A DNA stretch of 64,000 nt from Geosiphon pyriformis uo1 (Eukaryota; Fungi; Glomeromycota), in the NCBI GenBank assembly GCA_016748015.1, contig JAAOMT010000289.1:631639-695638 (forward strand), written 5' to 3'. The notes beneath the pieces were generated by a model. The model was not told the DNA's origin, made no database searches, and saw only the letters and a list, made by a program, of their open reading frames with translations. How positions within the stretch are numbered: position 1 is the stretch's first letter; every line of letters begins with the position of its first letter. Made by a program: the position numbers and the translations under genes. Shown in pieces: positions 53,180 to 64,000 of this stretch.

Positions 53180-54616
53180 TAATATTGGTTTTAAATACAG
53201 TTTTAATTTATTAATTAATTTTTAGTTTTAAATTAAAAAAAAAAAATTTTTTTAAAAATATGTTTAAAACTAAGTTGGTTTTTTATTTAGTTAATTATAC
53301 TGCTTTTAAAATCAATAATTTGGTTTTTTAAATATATAATTATATTTGTTTTATTTTTTGGCTTTTAATTTATTTGGTAATTAAAATATACTATTATTAT
53401 TTTTAAATTTTAAATTAATTTAAACAATATTATTGTAAAACTAATACTTTAAAAAAAATTATATCTAATAAACCAGTTATTAATATTGTTTTATATATTA
53501 ATTTATTAAATATTTTTATTTTTTTTAAGCTTTTTTTAAAATTTTTAATTAATTTTAAAATTTTTACAAATTATTTTATTAGTACAAAGTTTTATGTTAA
53601 AATTGTTGTTTTTTTGGTTTTTTTTATTATTGTTAATTTTATTAGAATTTAAATTAATTAAATTGGTTTTATTATTTAAATTTATTATTAAATCTATTAA
53701 TTTTTTGGTTATTTTGGTTATAAAATTAATAAGTAATTTTTTTTTTAAATGTTAAGATAAAAAAATATTGACAATATTAATAAAATTATTAGTAATTTAG
53801 TTATAAAAATTTAAAAATTTAAAATAAAATATAAAATAAACAGTTTTTATAATAAAATTATAAATCTTTTTATTAATAACTTTTTAAAAGTTGTAAAATT
53901 TTAATATAAGTTTAATATAAATAAAACTATAATATAATTGATTAATATAGTTTTTAAAAAAAATAATTTAAATATAATATATATAAAATATTTGTTTTGA
54001 ATAAATTTAATATAGTTTAGTTTTAATTAACTTAAATAATTAATAATATATAAAAAATACATAAATTATAATTATTTATAAGATTTTTAAATTTTATATT
54101 ATAATTAATAATAAGATTATATATTAAATAGTCTTATTATAAATACAACTTATATTTTTTTTTATATAATTAATTATTTAAAATTATATTAAAAAATAAT
54201 TTTATTTGTTTATTTAAAAATTTAATTATAAAAAACAAATTTATTTTAAAAATTTTTACAAAACAATTAGTAAATTTAATTAATAAAAATATTTAAATAT
54301 AAAAATAAAAAATAATTAAATTTGGTTTTAATTTTTAAGCAAATTAATAATTTATTTTTTGTTTTTTTAAATTATTTAATTTTATTTATAATTTTAATTG
54401 CCACACTTTTCTAAATATTTTATTTCGCAATTGTTTTTAAATATTTTTTAAAATAATAATAATTTTAATCTATTTTTTACTTTTTTAATTAATAGTTTTT
54501 TAGTTAAAATTTTTTTTAAGAAACATATTAAGATTAAATTTAATGTTATTTTTATTTTTTTCAAAAGTTTTAAAGTTTTTGTTAACAAATTATTTAATAA
54601 GCTGGTTTTTTTAATC

Positions 54617-54652
<36 letters not shown>

Positions 54653-55230
54653 TAATTATTTTATAAATAACTAAAAAAGTCAAAAACTTTAAAAAACAAC
54701 AATTTATTATTGTTATATTAAATTTTTTAATGGTTTTAGATAAAATTTTAAACAAAATTTTTGTTATAATAACCAGTTTTTTTCAATATAAACAATAATA
54801 ATAATAATATTAATTTCTTAAAATAAATTAAGATTAATTATTGGTTGTATTATTAAATATAATATCTTTTAATAAATATTTATTAAGTTTAAAAGCAAAA
54901 CCAATTATGTTTTTGTACATGTTTTTAATTAATCAACTTATTAAATTATTTAATTTTAATTAATTAACTTATTAAATCATTTAATTTTAAGAATTAAGTT
55001 AATTAAATAAAAACTGAATTGATTTTTTTTCTTTGTTTTTTAGTAGTACTGTTTTTAATAATATTTAAAAAATAATTATTAATTAACAAATATTTTTTGA
55101 ATAACTAGTTTTTACTTTATTACTTAATATTATTTTTATAACTGTTTTTTAGTTTTTGCATGGTTTTTTTGGTGCAAAATTTGTGTTTAAAAACAATATA
55201 AAACTGTTTTATATAAAGTTTGTCATTAAA
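53180..55230 (+). mobile_element. Further near-saturated fragments of the ORF1-only element (3' half with tail ~53.2-54.15 kb; 5' part ~54.5-55.2 kb)
   Basis: Recognisable by eye against 51.2-53.0 kb (e.g. tail tttaatatagtttagttttaattaacttaaataattaataatatataaaaaatacataaatt; actgtttttttagtttttgcatggtttttttggtgcaaaat). Confidence 0.55.
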
Positions 55231-56067
55231 TATTGTTTTTCTGATTAATTTTACAGTTTATTAAAGCATAAAAATAGTATTTGTACAATAAAATTATTAT
55301 ATATTCCAATAAATAGCAAAATTTTATTTCATTAAAAAAGTATGATATATAAAGAATTTACAAATATAATTAAATTATTATATTAAACTCATTTTTGGCT
55401 TAAAATAAAATAATTTTTGTTTTTGTTCTATTTTTATGACTTTAAAAACCATGACTTAAAAAAAAAAATTTTTATAAATTCACTAAAACAAAAAGTTTGA
55501 TGTGCAAATCAAAGAATTAAATGATTCTAGCTCTTTTACCAACTTTATCATAACCATTCAAACATTGATGTTAAGTTGAAATATAAGCACCGTATCTGAG
55601 CAAGAAGAATTAAAAAATAAAGATGAGACCGCAGCTTTCTTCACAAAAATTTTATTTTTAGAAAATTAACAATCTCGATATATCTACTGAGTGGTCGAGA
55701 AAAAATAGAATATATTATGTATGCATTAAGACGTAAAGATATAAAATATTAAAGACGGAGTACGTCTCTCCGTTGTTAAACATTGTTCTTTGTCAAGGTA
55801 ATTATGGGTTGATTAGTAAAAATTGCGAGCCTAAATGGTCGCATCGATAGTGTTCAGGGACGAATAGAGGAAATATTAATTTTCCAAGGGGGATGAATGT
55901 GGATGTAAGAAAAATAAAATTATGAGCAAGAATAAAATTAATCTCTATCACGCTAGGGTGTTACAAGCAAATTTTATATAGCAAGGAGCTCATTCTAAAA
56001 ATTCAAATAAACAAGAGCGTTATGATGCAACAACATCATTAAGCAAAAGATTGTTAATGATGAGAGC

Positions 56068-58704
<2,637 letters not shown>

Positions 58705-59220
58705 CTACGCCGACGATTTATTTTTTTGGTGTTTTACTTAGAGAGAGAAAGAAAGAGAAAGAAAGAAAGAAAGAAAGAGGGTATAATAAGATTTTTTTGG
58801 TCTTTTTGTGAAAGTGAATAGTAAAAAGGGTAGAGAGACAAGAGTAGCGTGAGTTTATATTTTTTTGGTTTTTTCTATTTTTTATATTTTTTTTATTACT
58901 GCTGGGACAGAGACTGCCAGAGAAAAAAAAATGAGAAATGGAAGAACAGGCAAAGAATTAATCTTATGTGTTTGGTTTCTCATTTTAATCTAAGAACTTA
59001 AAATTTAATTGGACCAATCATTGTTCTATACATTTTAGGAAATTTTCTAATTTGAAAATTGTGATGTTATGAAAGGGAGGGAGGGAGGAAGGGAGTGGGG
59101 AACGAGTCTTATTGCGTAAATCATTCCCAAAAGCCAAACAAAATTATCATTGAATAATATTCTATCGTCAAAAAAGTAAAAGTATTACATAAATTTTAAA
59201 ATTCGGCCTTACAAATAATA

Positions 59221-59223
59221 TTT

Positions 59224-59264
<41 letters not shown>

Positions 59265-59333
59265 CTTTTTTTTTTTTTTTTTATTTTTTTTTTTTTTTTT
59301 TTTTNNNNNNNNNNNNNNNNNNNNGTTTTTAAA

Positions 59334-59370
<37 letters not shown>
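59221..59370. repeat. Poly(T) tract containing an assembly gap (20 N, 59305-59324)
   Basis: Direct reading. Confidence 0.9.
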
Positions 59371-59373
<3 letters not shown>

Positions 59374-60758
59374 TTTCTACACCCACTTCTAAATACTTTC
59401 ACTATTATTTTTTTTTTTGTTAAGTAATGCAAAGTATTGCAAGACACAAATCATTAAAATTATCACCAGGAATAACACAATATACATACATGAGATAAAT
59501 TATGATGTGATCCTGATGCATCAGTATGATAAAATCATTGATTTGATTGGTTCTTGAATTATAAATAGTGAAGCGATCACAGGTGAATCATCGGCGATCC
59601 AATATTATTGGGTAAAATTGAACAAATAAAATTAAAGGGAACACCATGGTAACAAAGATCTCTCTTGTGGAATCTTGTGGTAAAAGTTATGCAGATCCTG
59701 TACTTTTGTGTGATTTTAAAATTGGACTTGAATTCAAAAATTAAATAGATCACGTGAATTGATGTTATAGTCATTATTCTTTGATTCCCTTTTTTAGTTA
59801 ACATATTTATGTATATGAAACAAAAAGTTTTGTTAAAATTAATTAAAAAATTATTTTTTTAGATTTCAAATTTTTAACCAAATTTATGATAATTAATCAT
59901 CTTAATAAAATAATTTATATATATATATATTTTTTTTTGATTTTTTCCAAACGGAACTACAGTCGATTTATTTGACTTTAGAATATATTTTATTTGAAAA
60001 ATCAATTTTAAGTTATCTCAACAAAGATTAGATTCATTTTACATTATAGTGTGCGCATAGTTTGTTTAATGAAAACATTAACAAGATCGATCAAATTTTT
60101 TTTTTATCAAACACTAGTTTTTAGGTTTTTTGTTTTTCTTAAAAACAAAAATTCTTAAAGTTTACAAATACCTCACGGGTTATCGTTAACTATTGGTAAT
60201 AATATATATATATATATATATATTTTGATTTAATAAATTAAAATATCGATCAAAGGGTTTTTAGAAAATCTGTTTGCGACAGATTAAAACTATAATAAAA
60301 TAAGAATTGTTTTTTTTTTTTTTCCTGAGAACGCGGGACATTTCCTTCATCTGGGATAAAGCAAGTATCTCAAATGGCTAGTGATCATTCCAGATATTAC
60401 TAAATGTCAACAGGAATACCATAATATACCTTTTAGTTTTGTTTGGAAAATCCCATCTCTGATTTTCAAAAATAGTCGATTGACCAAATTCTGAACGATA
60501 CGAAAAATTGATAGCTTCTATAATCCTCCTAAGTTATTTCATTTTTGTGTACGAATGTTTTTCATTCAGTAAAAGGAAAGTCAGTTAAGCTGATTCCCAA
60601 AATTAAAGTTAAAATTGTGAAGTCAAAATATTTTGTTCGATTCTTGGTAAACATTGGGCTCGAAAATAAATATTATCATGGTAAATACTGTACAATCCAA
60701 ATAAGAATAAGAATAAGAATCTGATATATTAATTTAAAGCTGCTGTATGCTTTATATG

Positions 60759-62754
<1,996 letters not shown>

Positions 62755-63525
62755 GGGTGATTAGGTTTATTGATGTAAAGAGATTCTAGAAATGAAATTT
62801 TGAGCTCAGATTTATCTAATGAGGTTGTAGATCGCCACAGAAAAAACAAACGTCTAAAATTCGGGATTGGCTCTTTAAAAAGTGAACGAGAAACCAGTGG
62901 TCATGGACTTGAGCCGTGAATACTATTCATCTGTTTTATGCCCGTTCATGCAGACCCGTCGAGGATTAAGTGGTAACACAAGTCCCAAAACCCCGCGGTA
63001 AATATTTGATATGTTACCAGTTATTTGGTCCTATCAGTCCCAAATTTTAAGTTTTTTTAATTTTTGGCGGGAAAATTTTAAAATATATTATTGTGCTTTT
63101 AAAATTTAAAAATATTATTATAGCATTTATTATTATTATTATTTTATTATTATTTTATATTTAAATATTTTATTTTTATTTTTTGTATAACTTTATTTAT
63201 TAACATAAATAATTATTGTTTTTTAAATTATTTGGTCATAATTAATTTTATAATTTAAAATGAAAATTTATTTAATTTATTTATAAATTTGATTAAAATT
63301 TGGTCAAAATAATAGTAATTAAAATAATTATTATAATTTTAAATGTTTTATTTTTAAATTTTAAATTTTTAAATTTTTCAATAATCATTTGGATACTTTT
63401 AAATAAATTAATAAATCTTTTAATAATTAAAACAATTAAAAAACATATAGTTTTTAAATAAATACATTATTATTAACATAAAAGAATAAAAAAAATGTTA
63501 AATTTTATTTTTATGCAAATAAAAA

Positions 63526-63580
<55 letters not shown>

Positions 63581-63947
63581 AAACATTATTTATTATAAAA
63601 AATTATATTTAATTTACTAAAAATAATTTTTTGTTTAAAGAGTTTTATAAATATATATTTATGTATATATATTGTTTAAATATTTAAAGTGGTTGGGCTA
63701 CATCGCAAGCATGTTAAATAAATAAATAAATATAAATATATATTTATATATTTGAAATTCATGTGAATAAATTTTAAATAAATAAATCTTTTGGCAGATT
63801 CTTTTTAAAAAATTATAAAATACTTCTTTAATAATTAATATCAATCAAATATAGATTAGATAATGAATATTAGGAGCCACGTTTAATATGAAACATATAT
63901 TTGTTGAATTTATTTAAATAACGGCTGGGATCTCACACTATATACAA

Positions 63948-63978
<31 letters not shown>

Positions 63979-64000
63979 AAACTTTTGATAATTTAAAGCT

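Larger units (their letters stand above)
8300..55500. other. AT-rich nested retrotransposon block (heterochromatin-like island); boundaries approximate
   Basis: GC content and CpG drop abruptly after APS3 and recover before the PAB1 3' region. No host genes were found inside. Confidence 0.85.

Noticed and set aside
59196-59447. Poly-Lys ORF
   Set aside because: It is a translation of a homopolymer tract that spans an assembly gap.
63050-64000. Named element in the terminal AT-rich stretch
   Set aside because: Too eroded to assign; probably the edge of another repeat block.

Overview
Eukaryotic, intron-rich fungal DNA. The gene and repeat style resemble an early-diverging fungus (Glomeromycotina/Geosiphon-like; this is my impression, not a search result). 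Two gene-rich flanks bracket a ~47 kb retrotransposon graveyard (~8.3-55.5 kb). The left flank holds a decayed Fanzor/TnpB RNA-guided nuclease relic, an RRM/RE-rich protein gene, and head-to-head EMC7 and AP-3 sigma genes. The right flank holds PAB1 and an OSH/OSBP gene. The graveyard contains four copies of an APE-RT-RNaseH LINE, an ORF1-only (HAL1-like) family that carries the LINE 3' tail, four solo LTRs with 4-bp TSDs, and one full-length Ty3/Gypsy element. That Gypsy has a single ~2,780-codon frame with a Cys-rich module, a dUTPase and an unknown integrase C-terminal extension. The repeats are eroded almost only by C>T/G>A transitions in a RIP-like way, but without the classical CpA preference. 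Main candidates for something new: the non-canonical repeat-targeted hypermutation, the Fanzor2-like relic, the ORF1-only LINE parasite and the accessory-domain Gypsy.
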